Assembly: GCA_046563655.1 (NCBI GenBank) | Contig: CM102288.1 | Span: forward strand, 6,448,001-6,512,000 | Direction of reading: 5' to 3' | Length of the DNA stretch: 64,000 nucleotides | From: Yuukianura sp. NJ FZ-2021 | Lineage: Eukaryota | Shown here: one piece after another, positions 14,409-28,020 of the stretch | Position numbering within the stretch: the first letter of the stretch is position 1 | Layout: each line of letters opens with the position of its first letter | Translations under genes and position numbers: made by a program | The notes under the pieces: model-generated | What the model was told of the DNA's origin: nothing | Database searches by the model: none | Seen by the model: the letters and a program-made list of their open reading frames with translations, nothing else

Positions 14409-16211
14409 TTAGTGAGTGGATTCTTTTGGGAAAATGTGGCTCAATTCCGTGTTCCAGTTTTCATTCCAGCGAAGAGCCTGGAACGCTTTCAGATTGTGGC
14501 GGAAGAGATCGTTTCGGCGGTTGGGAGTGGACGACACTTGGAACCACTGCTGGAGGTACTGGCTCAGGTCATCGCTTGTTTTAAAAATTAGTCCGTTCTC
14601 TTCATGTCGAACCAACTCAGAAATACTGACATCAGAATTCAAAATTTTCAAAGAGATTTCAAAATTTTGAACTTTGGAATTTAAAATTTCAAAGTTACCA
14701 TTTGAAGTGAATGGCAGCTACGGGCAGTCCGCATCCAAACATGTCGACCACTTTCATGGGCAAATCCAGTCCACTGGAGGAAGTGTGAAGCGACACACCA
14801 AGGTCAGCACACGCTTGGAAAAAAGTATTGAATTTCGGTATTTGAAAAATTTTGAAAGAAAGTTGAAAAAAGTTTGAAGAGGATGGTTGGATATGGATAG
14901 TTACCGAGTAGTTTTGGATAGTTGTCGTGTGACAACCAAGGGAGGTAGATGTGTACGTGTTTGAAGGCAAGAGAATCAATTAGAGTGGAGTAGTAACTCT
15001 TGTTCGGTCCTTTTCCAGTGATGAACACAATCAAGTCACTCAGACCGTGACCTTTGACCTCGGACAGCTTCACTTCAGCCTCATACGCTGAAAAAATATC
15101 GAGAACAGAAAAAAATTATCCGTATTCTGAGGATTCCCAAAAAAGCAGAAACGACGGTCATAAATTCCAGTCTATCTGTAAAAAAAAGTTTTAAAATTGG
15201 CTTACTTTGGAGAGCGTTGAGCAAAATATCAAAGTCTTCGTCTTCTGTCCAACTCGTGCAGGAAATGAGTATGCCTGGTCGTCCAGATCCAAGTGCCTTT
15301 CCATCCAGGATTGAAGCGATCACGGGATACTCGTTGCTAAGTTCCGTCAGAAATGTCAACCTTTCATGCTCTGTCAACGACTTGAAAATAGCTGGCGGTC
15401 TGTCGTACAGGGTGACAGCACTGAAACAACCAAGAATCATGTTATTCGCTCTGAGTGAAATTGATGAAAATGAATTAATCGATTAATGACTTATACTCAC
15501 TTAATCCCAAGTCGATAGTTGAGATCTTGTGCCATGGCTTTGGTGACAGTGATGCTGTAGTCTGCTTTTGCTCCGAAGAAGTTTTCGAATCCTTCGGCCA
15601 GTCTCACAATTAGGCTTTGACGGGATGTTTTGAGTGCCAGTGCCAGTATGGAAAATCCGTAGTTGTGCCAATCAACGACGAATGGGCACTTGTAAACTCT
15701 GGACATGAGCCAACAGACACTCAAAGTGGGAATAGCTGGAGGATTCTGGACAAGGATGAAGTCTGGATGGAATCCATTGGATATGGAAGACCAAACAAAG
15801 GCCCAACTCAGCACAATCGTCAGCCAAACGAACTTGAGCAGCAACGACAGCGACGTTGGAAGTTCTGAAAAACATCGAACACAAAAATATAAGATTAGAA
15901 ATAGTTACTCCCTCCATTTTTTTTTATTTGCGTTTTTCATTGTGGAATTCAAGTCATATACCTTGGACGAGTGCTGGGGGTTCCCTGATTGGTCGGATGA
16001 ATATTCTTGGATTGTGAGTGAGGTTATTTGGGACATCGGTTCCTTGGTAGCCGATTATCTGGACAAAGTAGCCGTTGTTGGTGAGTGACAAGGCATGATA
16101 CCTCATGCGTGGGCTACGTCCAATGTCACCCAGAACTACGACGTACACAAACTTACGACGCAGATTCTGCTCGCGGTCATGACCAGTGACGACGTTGGAG
16201 GTGTCTTCCAT
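14409..16211 (-). CDS. ALG1: Chitobiosyldiphosphodolichol beta-mannosyltransferase ALG1 (multi-exon)
   Basis: [82 protein letters not shown]. Confidence 0.97.
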
Positions 16212-16525
16212 ATTGCGTCTGCGTTAAACCGTCGATTGTTTAATTTCCAGATCCAGGTTTACACTGAAAACAAAACAAATAAATAAGGGTTGCAGTAAGC
16301 CAAATTGAGTCAATTGTAACCACGTTGTGTAGCTACACAGACGGTGACTGTTAACACTAGTTATTTTGAAATTCTTGTCTATTAAAGCTAATCAAGTCTA
16401 TCCTGGTTACTACTCGCTAACTATAAGTGTAACTTCCTCACATTGGAAAAAAAAAGAGTCCAACATACGACAAGAAATCCCATGGACCCAGAAATAAAAT
16501 AATTTAAATTTCAGGACGCTAGGTG

Positions 16526-16892
16526 AAAAATTAGAGTATAATTTAAGCAAAATTCCAAATTTCAAAAAGCTAGAAAATAAAATGGAAAATTAGAGTATAA
16601 TTTAAGCAAAATTCCAAATTTCAAAAAGCTAGAAATTAAAATGGAAAATTAGAGTATAATATAAGCAAAATTCCAAAATTCAAGAAGCTAGAAATTTCAA
16701 CGGAAAATTAGAGTATAATATAAGCAAAGTTCCAAAATTCAAGAAGCTAGAAATTTAAACGGAAAATTAGAGTATAATTTAAGCAAAATTCTAAATTTCA
16801 AAAAGCTAAAAATTTAGGTGGAAAATTAAAGTATAATATAAGGAAAATTCCAAATTTCAAAAAGCTAGAAATTTAAATGGAAAATTAAAGCA
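16526..16892. repeat. AT-rich ~59-bp minisatellite, about 6 copies, between divergent ALG1 and ALG6
   Basis: Repeating AAAATTAGAGTATAATWTAAGCAAAATTCCAAATTTCAAAAAGCTAGAAATT...GG. Confidence 0.93.
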
Positions 16893-17082
16893 TAGTACAA
16901 GTAGTACAATAGTTAGACTTCCGCCTCACTCCAACCAATACTTTTGAATCGGCTGATTCCGTGGAATAGTCAACCCAGTGCGGTTGTTATTGTTCCACGT
17001 TGCTTGGAAACGAGAGTTGTTGCAGCTGTAGTGTTGACCCGATGACAGGTTGAGGTGAGTGACTGCTGGAACAATTAGTCCC

Positions 17083-19013
17083 ATGGCTTTGGTCAACTCT
17101 ACCGTCACTGGCCACCTCGCCACTGCACTTTCCTGTCTCCTTGTGGGATTCGTCCTAAGATGGAGTGTGACCCAGTTCCCGTACTCTGGCCAGGGAAATC
17201 CCCCCAATTTCGGAGACTACGAAGCACAACGACATTGGATGGAAATCACCACGCAAATCCCCATTCAGTAAGTCAAACGTCGTCATTTCGTCACAATGGA
17301 CCATGTCATGGTCAGTCGTTACACAAAGTTATCAAAACAAGAGGCATTGGTTTGTGATTAATAATCACTGATTATTTGCAGGTACTGGTATGTGGATGTG
17401 CCGGGGAATAACCTCAACTACTGGGGCCTGGACTACCCGCCTTTGTCAGCCTATCATAGCTACGGTCTCGGAGTGTTTTTCTGGAACATCATGCCGGAAT
17501 CAGTCCAACTCCGAACCAGCCGAGGATTCGAAAGTCCGCAACACAAGTTCTGGATGCGACTGACGGTTTTGCTCAGCGACATTCTCGTGCCGGCACTCCT
17601 CTTCTTTTTCTTCTTTATTCCCACTGCCAATGCGTCTCAAGTCATAACGACCAGATGGGTTTCAGGTGAAAATTAAACTTATTATTAGAGTTTATAAGTT
17701 GTAATTATTATAAAATTATTAATTAATATTAACTTTGAGTTAATTGACAGGTCTGGTTGGTGTGATGGCTCCTGCGTTCATTCTAGTGGACTACGCCCAC
17801 TTTCAGTACAACTGTGTCTCCCTTGGTCTCACCGTCCTCGCCATTGGATTTGTGGCCCTGGAGCAAATGTCCATCGGAGCTCTGTTATTTACGTTGGCTG
17901 TCAATCACAAACAAATGTCTTTGTACCACGCTCTGCCCTTCTTTGTCCAAATGGTGGCTGCTACAGTTTTTAAAAAACGGAGGATCCTGACTGTCTTTCG
18001 AGTGGCTCTCGTCATCTTATCCACAATGGGATTGTTGTGGCTCCCATTTGGAGATGCTTGGACAGACGTTCTGCACAGGATCTTTCCTGTCAAGAGAGGA
18101 GTTTATGAGGACAAGGTGGGCTCATTCTGGTACGTTCTGGACAGATTTTTGCATTTGAAAGAAAGAGTGTCTGATTCTGACATGACAAGGCTATGCACGT
18201 TCACTTCAATCCTCATCGTCATTCCTTCTCTCTTTCGTCACTTCAACGTCATCGTCAACAAGGTAAGTTTCAGTTTGAAATTTTGAAATTCTGATTCAGA
18301 GGATTAGTCAGACCGAGAATTATCAAGCTAGTAATGATTTTTTTTTCTGATTTTTTTTTCCAGAAAACGAAGTCGGATGAATCTCTGAAGACGTTTTTGT
18401 TGAGCCTGTTGAACACTTCGCTTTTACTTTTCCTTTTTTCGTACCATGTTCATGAAAAGTCAATCATGCTGCCTGGACTGCCTGCTGTTCTGCTGTTGCC
18501 CTGGTACCCTCTGCAGTCACTCTGGTTCACTACGGTGTCATCTCTGTCACTCTACCCGCTCTTTTTGCAAGAAGGATCTCAGTTGGCACTGCTCGCTCTT
18601 ACAGCAATTTATGTCCTCACGGCCACCCAACTCACCGATTTCGCAAAATACAGCAAATGGATCAAGTAAGTTTTGTGTTTCTGAGAAATGTTGCTTCTTA
18701 CAAAAAAAAACTGAAAATACTTAATTGATGTTTGGATTTTTTTTTCTTATTGTGTATGAAATTGTGATTTACAACTTTTTGTTTGTTTTTTTTTTTTTAC
18801 CGTAGATTGTCGTTCGTGGGATCAGTTCTGTCGTACTTGTCGCTCATCGCTGGACTTCACTTCATTCCTCCTCCTAATCACCTACCGCATCTCTACCAAT
18901 CGGGAATTGCAATTGTTTCGTTCTTACACTACGCTGCCTTCTGCATCCATTTCCACCTCCTCATCTTCGACACAAATACAGCACAGCCAGTCGGCAACAA
19001 AAAAGGCAACTAG
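17083..19013 (+). CDS. ALG6: Dol-P-Glc:Man9GlcNAc2-PP-Dol alpha-1,3-glucosyltransferase ALG6 (multi-exon)
   Basis: YSGQGNPPNFGDYEAQRHWMEIT, YWGLDYPPLSAYHS, DYAHFQYN, KQMSLYHALPFF, RIFPVKRGVYEDKV, FSYHVHEKSI, C-terminal KKGN (KKxx). Confidence 0.97.
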
Positions 19014-19611
19014 AAAAAGCACCCGAATGCCTGCCTCACATTCAGAACAAGGCGATAAGGAACTTAACTGCCCCGAATTCTGATTAGAAGTCACTGTGAT
19101 GGTTACCTTTGGGTCCAACAACTTTTAATTCGACGTGTGTCATGTGATACTTTAGTTTGTCATTAGTTTATGTTTCTAGAATAAAACAAAATCTGCACCA
19201 TTCATCATTTTTTAGGTAAAATCTATTATTTGATTACGTATTTTCATTTTTACATTTATAAGAATCAATGTATGCATTTGCTTTTTTGAGTCGCAGTTGT
19301 CAGTGAATTGGCACGATTGTGTTGTTCTGTTTTTTCAGTGAATTAGTTAACCGCGGCATTTGATCTGTAAGTTTCTGCTTTTTCAGAGGATTAGTTTGTA
19401 GCAACTTTGTTTTGTTGCAAATCCGCTTGTGGAATTCGGTTTTGAAAGTTGGCGCTTCACTCCACGTGATCTCCCTATAGAAAGATCCCTGCAGTGGTAT
19501 ACCGCCCTTCATCACAGTCTTCTCTCACGCCGCATGGTTGGATTGGATCTAAGCAGGAGTTGAGTCGATAAATCGGTGTCAATTTTCATCTAATTAATCG
19601 TCCAAAACTAA

Positions 19612-20379
<768 letters not shown>

Positions 20380-20676
20380 ATATTCTGAGGCACTCCAATT
20401 TTAAAAGCTAAGTTAATTACTCGGAGAAAAATAAACAGTTTCGGCTGGAAGGGAGTGTCTTGTGTCCATTTTTATTACAACTTCCAATTCTAACATTTTG
20501 GAAGGTGTCTAAAGTACTAATACTAATTTGAGATCCTTTAGTTCATAAATTGAAGAAAGTAACATTCAATTAACGTCATCTCATTCTCACCAGTAATCTA
20601 ATAGCAGTTTAATTTGATTACTTTCACTTTGAACTTAACATTAGACTAGTATGGATTCGTTGTAGCTTGAGCTTTG

Positions 20677-21037
20677 TTAGATGTTGAATCCTAGTTTCTT
20701 CATGCACTCTCGATGCGCTTCTATCAACGCTGTACAGTTTTCCTCTCCATTCTCCACAATGCTAAAAAGTAAATTAAACATGTTCATTTACTAAAACAGC
20801 GATGATGTGTGCGTTAATTAAGTTAGAACTTAATTACCAGGCATCTCTGACTCGTTTGGTTTCAGGACAAGCACAACAGGGTTTGCAAGGTTTCTTCTCT
20901 GATGAGTCCGAGTTCTTCTTCGCATCTTCAGTGGTAGTTGTTGACCTTATAAAACAAAATAAAATTAAGCATTTCATCTATATTAAGCCAGGAATTGGAG
21001 TTTATACTAAGCGTATGACTTGTCCTTACCCCAGCAT
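20677..21037 (-). CDS. COX17: Cytochrome c oxidase copper chaperone COX17 (3 small exons, missed by the ORF track)
   Basis: Spliced translation [65 protein letters not shown]. Confidence 0.95.
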
Positions 21038-21207
21038 TATTCCACAGGTACCGGTGCAGTGCAAATCAATCGTTTTTTAGCACAGCACAACTAAACTTCC
21101 AAAAGTACTCTGCTTGTACATGTACTCCTCAGCTGTTAAAATTAACAATTTTAAATTCAAAGTTCAAATTACAGAATTCCCGCATTTAAAAATATTTTGT
21201 AGGGGCC

Positions 21208-23302
21208 ACTGTGGAGGCTGGACACAGCAATGTCACCCACTTTATAGCATGACGGCATTCAGACACAAATTAAATAAACAGAACTAACAAATTAATTAAA
21301 CTAATGATCAAACAATTCGCAGCTTTCTTTAGAGATGCATTTTAATTAAAAGCATTTAATTTTGAGTTGATTCTGTATTACTGCCTTAAATATTTTGTGT
21401 TCTTATTTTCAAAAATGTCCACATGCGAAGGCGAGAAAGAGTAACGAAGAGCTAGCAGTTTGTTGAGCCCAATTTTTTTTCCGGAATTTAAAATTATGCA
21501 ATTGGCGCCAATTCTTCAGCAAGCGTCCTGCCTTCCTTATGAGCATCAAACTTAACTGACTTTGATGGGAGAAAGTTATTTGGTCAATTGGAAAGTTGTG
21601 CAAACCTAATTGATCTTTAACGATTAATTTGAAGCTGAAATGGGGGCTAAAAAGCTCGAAACAATTTTCACTAGTGTACTTCTGGTCACTTCACCAGAAG
21701 ATACACTCACTTCAACATCAATGTCTTGTTTTCGCTTAAAAACTGCATTATCAAAACTGGAACCAAAACTACAAAGAAAGTAGTGAAAACAATTGAGAGA
21801 AAGTGGAATTAGAAAGATTTTGAAGTTTGGCTTTGATTAAACAAACGAGCATGCAAGTAGAACTTGCGTTTTTAGAGTAGACGAAGCCAAAACTGAAAAT
21901 AAAGTGAAGTCAACTCAAACAGAGTCTCCCTGTTCTCACGAACTTTTTCCGTTTTTACACTCAAAAAATTGAAACGTTACTTACGTAATGGTGTCGGAAA
22001 AGCATCGAAAATAACTTTTTACAAAAGAAAATTGTTGCAACTGCCAAGAAACAACAATTTCAGCATTAATTGGCCTTTCGTGCCCTATTTTCTGTAAAAT
22101 AATTTTAAAAATGCATTTTTTTAAACTTTCATAAGAAGAGGACAAAGAAAGTTTGGAAAAAAGAAGCAGAAAAAGTGGAAACAAAAAGTTTTTAGAACTT
22201 TTACTTAGATTTGAGATGGGAAACTGCATGGAGAAACCGTGAGATTAGTCTACAAAAACCAAAATAAAATTGAACTGGAGTGAACTCCAATAGATTCTGC
22301 CTGTTCTGAGGAACTTTCTCCGTTTTTCCACACAAAATGTTTGTTTTTTGGGGGTTTGGAGTTGGGATGGTCCCTGCATGTATTTTTTCCATTGCCACCC
22401 ACTCCCTCCCCCACCATCCAACTCCAAAATAGTAAAACACAGCTTCATCCTACTCCTTTCGTCTCGCATATAAAAGGGAAGCACAACAAATTTTTCTCAT
22501 TCACTTTTCTGATCTCGTATGAGAGAGGAAGGCAGAGGAAACACAGTTTCCTTATGTAAACAAACATCGTCTGCTTCTTCTTCACTTATTTTTAATTGCC
22601 ATCTCTAATTAACTCTTCTTTTAGTAATTAATCGATTGAAACGATTCAAAAAATAAATTTTGAATTTGCGAAAAGATGTTTTGGGGGTTTGGAGTTGGGA
22701 TGGTCCCCACATACATTTGTGCCATTGCCACCTCACGCACTCCCCCAACATCCAACTCCAAAAGTGTAAAATTCTGCCTGATTCTACTCCTTGAAGAGTA
22801 GGATTGAGGTGATTTTGGTTTGTGTCTCCTTTTATATAAGACCAAGACGAGTGCCAAGTAGATTCAAGTGCGGACCTCCGATGTAACAAAAATCCTCCGC
22901 AACTTGGTTTCAGTGATTTTGTCTCAAGTTCAGAGTTTCATTTGAGGCTAATTCTCAGAAAACAAGGGAAACTGCTGACTTCTTATCGCAGCATTAGACA
23001 CTGTTGTCTTTGAACTTGAGACAAAAGTCCGCCAAATTTTTTGAAAAATTCAAAAGCTAAAATCAAAACAAAATAAGGAAGCGCAGACGAGAAGTTAATT
23101 GGCAGTTACTAATTAGTCCGATCGAATCGTGATTAATTTCTGGAGTAGAGTGAGTACCAGAGTCAAAGGTAAACTAAACCAACGTAACCGTCAGCTGTGT
23201 TTATTGCTTTATCTAACGGTATCGTTCCTTACATTGATTAATCGATTAATGTAACCGGTCATTGTTTTGTTCTTTAGTTGCAGATTGCAGATATCAATCA
23301 GA
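21208..23302 (+). repeat. Copy A of a ~2.1-kb inverted duplication (TE-like body plus promoter/5'UTR exon/intron of MRPL12)
   Basis: Reverse complement aligns by eye with 50247-53263; the ORF-track peptides in the two copies are near-identical. Confidence 0.92.
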
Positions 23303-23312
23303 AGTTGGAGAC

Positions 23313-24125
23313 ATGGATTTGATGGTTCGTCAACTGGGGAGAATGGGGAAATGGAGTGGTCCATTTCGATCACGACTGCCTGGACGTCAAAGTCAACGTT
23401 CCACAGTGGCTTACTTTAATGGGATGTTCTTCTCCACGTCCAGAAATGAGGCCCAATTGGAGAGTCCTCTTGTTGTATCCACTGCTGTGGGCCATGACAA
23501 AGTCTATCAAGGGAAGATAGTGAAATTAGTGGATGAGATATCTCAGTTGACGTTGCTTGAAGTTGGTGATTTGAATGAGTTACTGAAAAAGAGACTCAAC
23601 ATACCGGATACACCGATGATGACTGGAATGATGATGGCAGCTGGCGCAGCACAGAATCAACCGAAGGAGGCGAGGAAAACGATTTCAACTCGAAACGAAT
23701 TCCCCCTTTTTCCCTCCCTGTTTTCCTTCTCTTTTTTCTCACAAACCGTTTTTTCTACGTATGTAATAACAATATAGTAATGCTGTTTTTCACTTACAGG
23801 AGGCGGAGGAGGTTGCTCCAGTCAGAGTTCAGACTCAATTTACCGTTAAACTGCTCAAGTACGACGAAACCAAGAAGGTTGCTCTCATCAAAGAAGTCAA
23901 AGCTCTTTTGGAAGGCATGAACCTTGTCCAGGTATCTCACAAAATGACACTTGCAAGACTGGCAACTCAATTTTAATTTCTTACGCTACTTGTTTAATGG
24001 TTTTTCAGGCCAAGAAGTTCGTGGAATCGTCTCCTACCACAGTGAAAGCAGATATTCCCAAGGAGGATGCTGAGAAACTGGCAGCAGCTCTCACTGCAGC
24101 TGGAGCCACTTGTGAAGTCATCTAG
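23313..24125 (+). CDS. MRPL12: Mitochondrial ribosomal protein L12 (bL12m), 3 coding exons
   Basis: KIVKLVDEISQLTLLEVGDLNELLKKRLNIPD, FTVKLLKYDETKKVALIKEVKALLEGMNLVQAKKFVES. Confidence 0.96.
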
Positions 24126-25447
24126 AACCTCTGTTCAAGTTTTACTGGAATTCAGAATTCAGTCATCCTAAAATTACTATAGAAATTGCTAGACTTTTAT
24201 ACTAAAACTATTCACACTTTATTCGTTTCCAGATAAAGGCACAATCTTGAACCTTCACTTTAGTTTTTTTTTCAAAGTTAGTAGTTGAAATTGTAAGAAA
24301 TAAGTTAAGTTAGTTTTCGAAAATGGAAGGTCATTTTGAACTGAAATGTAAATAATTTATTGCCCCTTTGACCGTAACCCTTAAAACGTATCGTATGAGA
24401 AGAGACATTTTGAATTGATCTCTTAGACACTTAAGAACAATGGACCCACTGAGTTATGTTCACAATGGTTGATCCTTATCCCTCAGCAGAGATACATGAA
24501 AAAATACAACTTTTATCTTAAGGTTGTTCTATCGACTATCCAATTCCAAGGCTTATCGAATATGAAAGGGCCCTTTGCAGTGGACGTGGAAGACACTTAA
24601 GCCTGAGGATCTCAGTTACAAAAATAAGGGAGAGAAGGTACTTAACTAGGATTAACTAATTAGCACTCCAATTGGTCCTTGACTCCAACTTATCCTAACG
24701 AATCTTGATTGTCAGCACAAGTACTCACAGTATTTGAATCTTCGCTTGATTTGGATTCTGGAAGACTGGAATTGTTGAGGATTGAGCCTTCAAATTATCG
24801 ATAACTTAAAATTAAGTACAAACTAATTAATACAAAAATATTCTCTATGAGGTTGGACTAGGATTCTGCAACTTCCCTCACTTGACATGCTAATTCCTAT
24901 TGGTAAAAAACTTAAGAGGTCAGAGGTCACAGCACTCTTCAAAATTACATCTTTTAGACATCATCTTCATTTTTACACAAGAGAAACTTACAAAGTAATT
25001 CCAAATGGATGTTACTTTTGTCAGAAAAGCTAAGATGATTGTTCCGTTTGAGTGATTGGAAAAATAGGAAAATGTGAATGGGTTTATTCACTTCGAGTGG
25101 CCACACCCCTCCCGCAGGCCATCCCAACAACCAGACCACTCCAATTTCCATTTCCTCAAACCACAATTGCAGCAGACTCACAACTTATTTGCTCACTCTA
25201 CTTCTGCACATGCGGAAAATACAGTTCTCGACCAAGTGACCTGACCTCTGACCTCGGTCTATGTACAACCACTGCTCTGAGGCAGCATTGACTCCTTAGT
25301 TGCATTGAAGTAGTTGAGAGGAGGACAGCGCTGCTGTTCAAGTGGAAAGCGGAGGAAGGGGGCTGGAATGAAACGGAGGGCAGTGGCAGACGCTGCTATA
25401 ACGCTTCACAGACGTTTAAGCGATTCGGTGGTCGCTTCAAAGACGCT

Positions 25448-27841
25448 TCAGCGATTCGGTGCTGAAGTGGTTGAAGCGAAGCCTTTAGGAGGGGGGAGCT
25501 GAGAAGAGGATGGCGTCCTTGGGGTCATTCTCTTCTTCTTCCGTGGCTGCTGCTGCCAGATCCTCCAGGAACCTAAACAAACAATTCAATAATTAAACAT
25601 AACAATTTAACTTATTTAAATACTTCAATATATTTAAATAAAGTTGGTTACTTGTATGGTTTCTCCTCTCCTCGCATGTTGCAAATGACATTGGTCAGAG
25701 CCATGATGTAGTGCTTGGCCAGTGTCAGAGTTTCAATCTTGGACAACTTCCTCTGCATAGTTACATGCGGAATCACTTCACGCAGTTGCTGAAACAAACA
25801 AAAACATCATTTTCAATTTCAAATTAATTGTGAAACTTCTTTCTTTAGAAGTATGCCCTAAATTAGAAAATATTTCTGTTTCATCTTTTGTAGAACTAGG
25901 AACTAGTAGTTCGGCCAACTAAGTTGGCGTCATTCCGTCAACAACCTAAATTCTGCTTAAATGGATGTGGGTGACATTGAGGTAAAAATTTAAAATTAAA
26001 AGTGTAATTAACTGCGCCTGTGGAGATGGAAATGAAGCGGATCTGAGTTTTGGTTCTATTTTTTGGCAAGTGAATATTTTGTGCATTAGGAAATTTGCAA
26101 TTTGCTTTGGATTAGAATTTACAATGGGGTTTTTTACACAATGACGACAGACAGACAAGTGGTTGTGTGGAGAACTCACTGCGTCATCCAGCCCCTCTTA
26201 AAATTTACTAAAGTTGACATTTCAGTTGGCGAAATTAGCACAATTTACAACAATTTCCAAAGTTTATAATCGAACTTTTTAAATAAGGATTTCCACTTTG
26301 GATTTTGGAATATTTTCAAAAAATGAGCGCCATGGAACTTATGCCGGGTATTTTTCGGATTTCGTTTTTTTTTTTCAGGTGCGTTAGTTAGCTATAGCTG
26401 GTGTCCAAGTAGGAGATTAGCTTAATCAGTCTGTGGGCCACACTTGGCCATGTCAATTGGAACCGCAGAGTGGAAGGAGTGTGAGTTAATTACAATTAAT
26501 CACCCGCAATTAGCACAATCCACCCCAGTCAACAGTCAGGATGTGGTCAAACCCCATTGGATTAACACCAACCAATCACAATCGCTTTTACTCTCACACA
26601 ACTTCTTAACATTACGCCAATTCAATGCACAAATTCTATACCAACGTCTTTTTAACGCATCGCACTACCGTCAATTTGTACTGGCGTCATATAGAAAACG
26701 TATTAGATACCGTGAATTTCACCGTTTCGAGCTTTTTACATGAAAAGTTTATGAGAAAAACTTATGTGATGCGAACTGCGGCAAACATTTAAGAGAAACG
26801 ATTCATGAAGTTGTGAAAACGTAAACGAAAACGTTTTACCAACGACACAGATTTACTCTTGAAAACGTTTCAGAAACGACACTGCGTTACTCGGAAACGT
26901 TTCCGAAACGAGCTTACTTCTGTGAAAACTTCTCAAAAGCGTTTTCCGTGTTCAGTTTAGGAAATGTTCTAAATTCTGAGAATTTCAAGTTTTAAAAAGC
27001 AGAAGGACATTGAATTTGTTGACATTGTTTAGATTGGTGTGTTGAATTGTGCAGTTGTGCCAGTTGACTTTCAGTTTTAGTTGAGATAAAGCCAGTGTTT
27101 AAAAATACTGCACAGATTATCTCCAAACAAAGGAATTAATCAGTATCTCCTATGGAAAATCATCCACAGAAGGAAGTAACGATGATAGTGATTTTGCAAA
27201 CTACTCCAGCCTAAATCCAACACCACTTTCCAACACTTACATAACTACACAATTAGTTAACTTATTTAATTAATTAACTTAATTAAATTTAAACTCACTT
27301 GGAAGGCATCGTTGAGACTGTGCATCCTTTGTCTTTCTCTCTCGTTGGATTCAAGTCTTCGCATGTTTCTCTCTCGCGCAGAAGTGGGGGACTTCCTCTT
27401 CCTTCCCCCGTCCACACTCCCCCCGGGGGACTGTCTCCCACTCAGCTGACCTCCACTTGACCCAGCTCCCGAAGAACTGGACCCACCACCTCCTGTTTTC
27501 CCACTTGTCCCACCAGACCCACTCCGGTGGGGCTGGTTGTAGGCGGACGAAGTGGTGGAGGTGGAACTGGATCCCACGTTGTCGTCACTCGTCTCCCCAC
27601 CATCGTCCAGTTCATATTCATCCAGCTCGGCTTCTTCCGCAGCCCCCATCAGAATGTCCTCGTCAAAGACCAAATCTATGTCGTCTGGATCTGGAAGGTG
27701 CGACAACGGGTCCAATAAAACGTTGTGCGACTTCTTGCGACTTTGTCGTCCTCCGGGCGTAGTCTGACCTCTGACCCCCCGTTCTGATTCACTTTCTGCC
27801 CGACTCGTCCGGGTTCCACGTCGAGAACACTCCACCAACAT
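25448..27841 (-). CDS. dimm: bHLH transcription factor dimmed/Mist1 (BHLHA15), 3 coding exons; probable 5'UTR exons near 36.8-37.5 kb
   Basis: [62 protein letters not shown]. Confidence 0.9.
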
Positions 27842-28020
27842 GCCCTAAAAGTCAAAACAAAACTAAATTTAGTTCATTTAACTTTGGTTCTTATTATCTT
27901 ATTCTTACTTTTCAATTTCACTTAACTCTGCTTCTTAATTTTACTTTTGACTTTTCAATTTGACTTGTCAATTATTTCTGTTTTCCCTTTTGGAAATTTT
28001 GAAATTTTGACAAGGAATTT

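Noticed and set aside
21203..21213. GGGCCACTGTG resembling a Transib/RSS-heptamer terminus at the duplication edge
   Set aside because: No partner TIR or 5-bp TSD was found, and copy B does not preserve the heptamer.
21981..22889. Cluster of short ORFs duplicated at 51504-52255
   Set aside because: Overlapping frames with no splice structure or recognisable domain; the similarity just reflects the DNA duplication.
25395..25462. Short ~31-bp duplication at the dimmed stop codon suggesting readthrough
   Set aside because: The stop context is TGA-A and the extension would be only about 13 codons; it is more simply a local tandem duplication.
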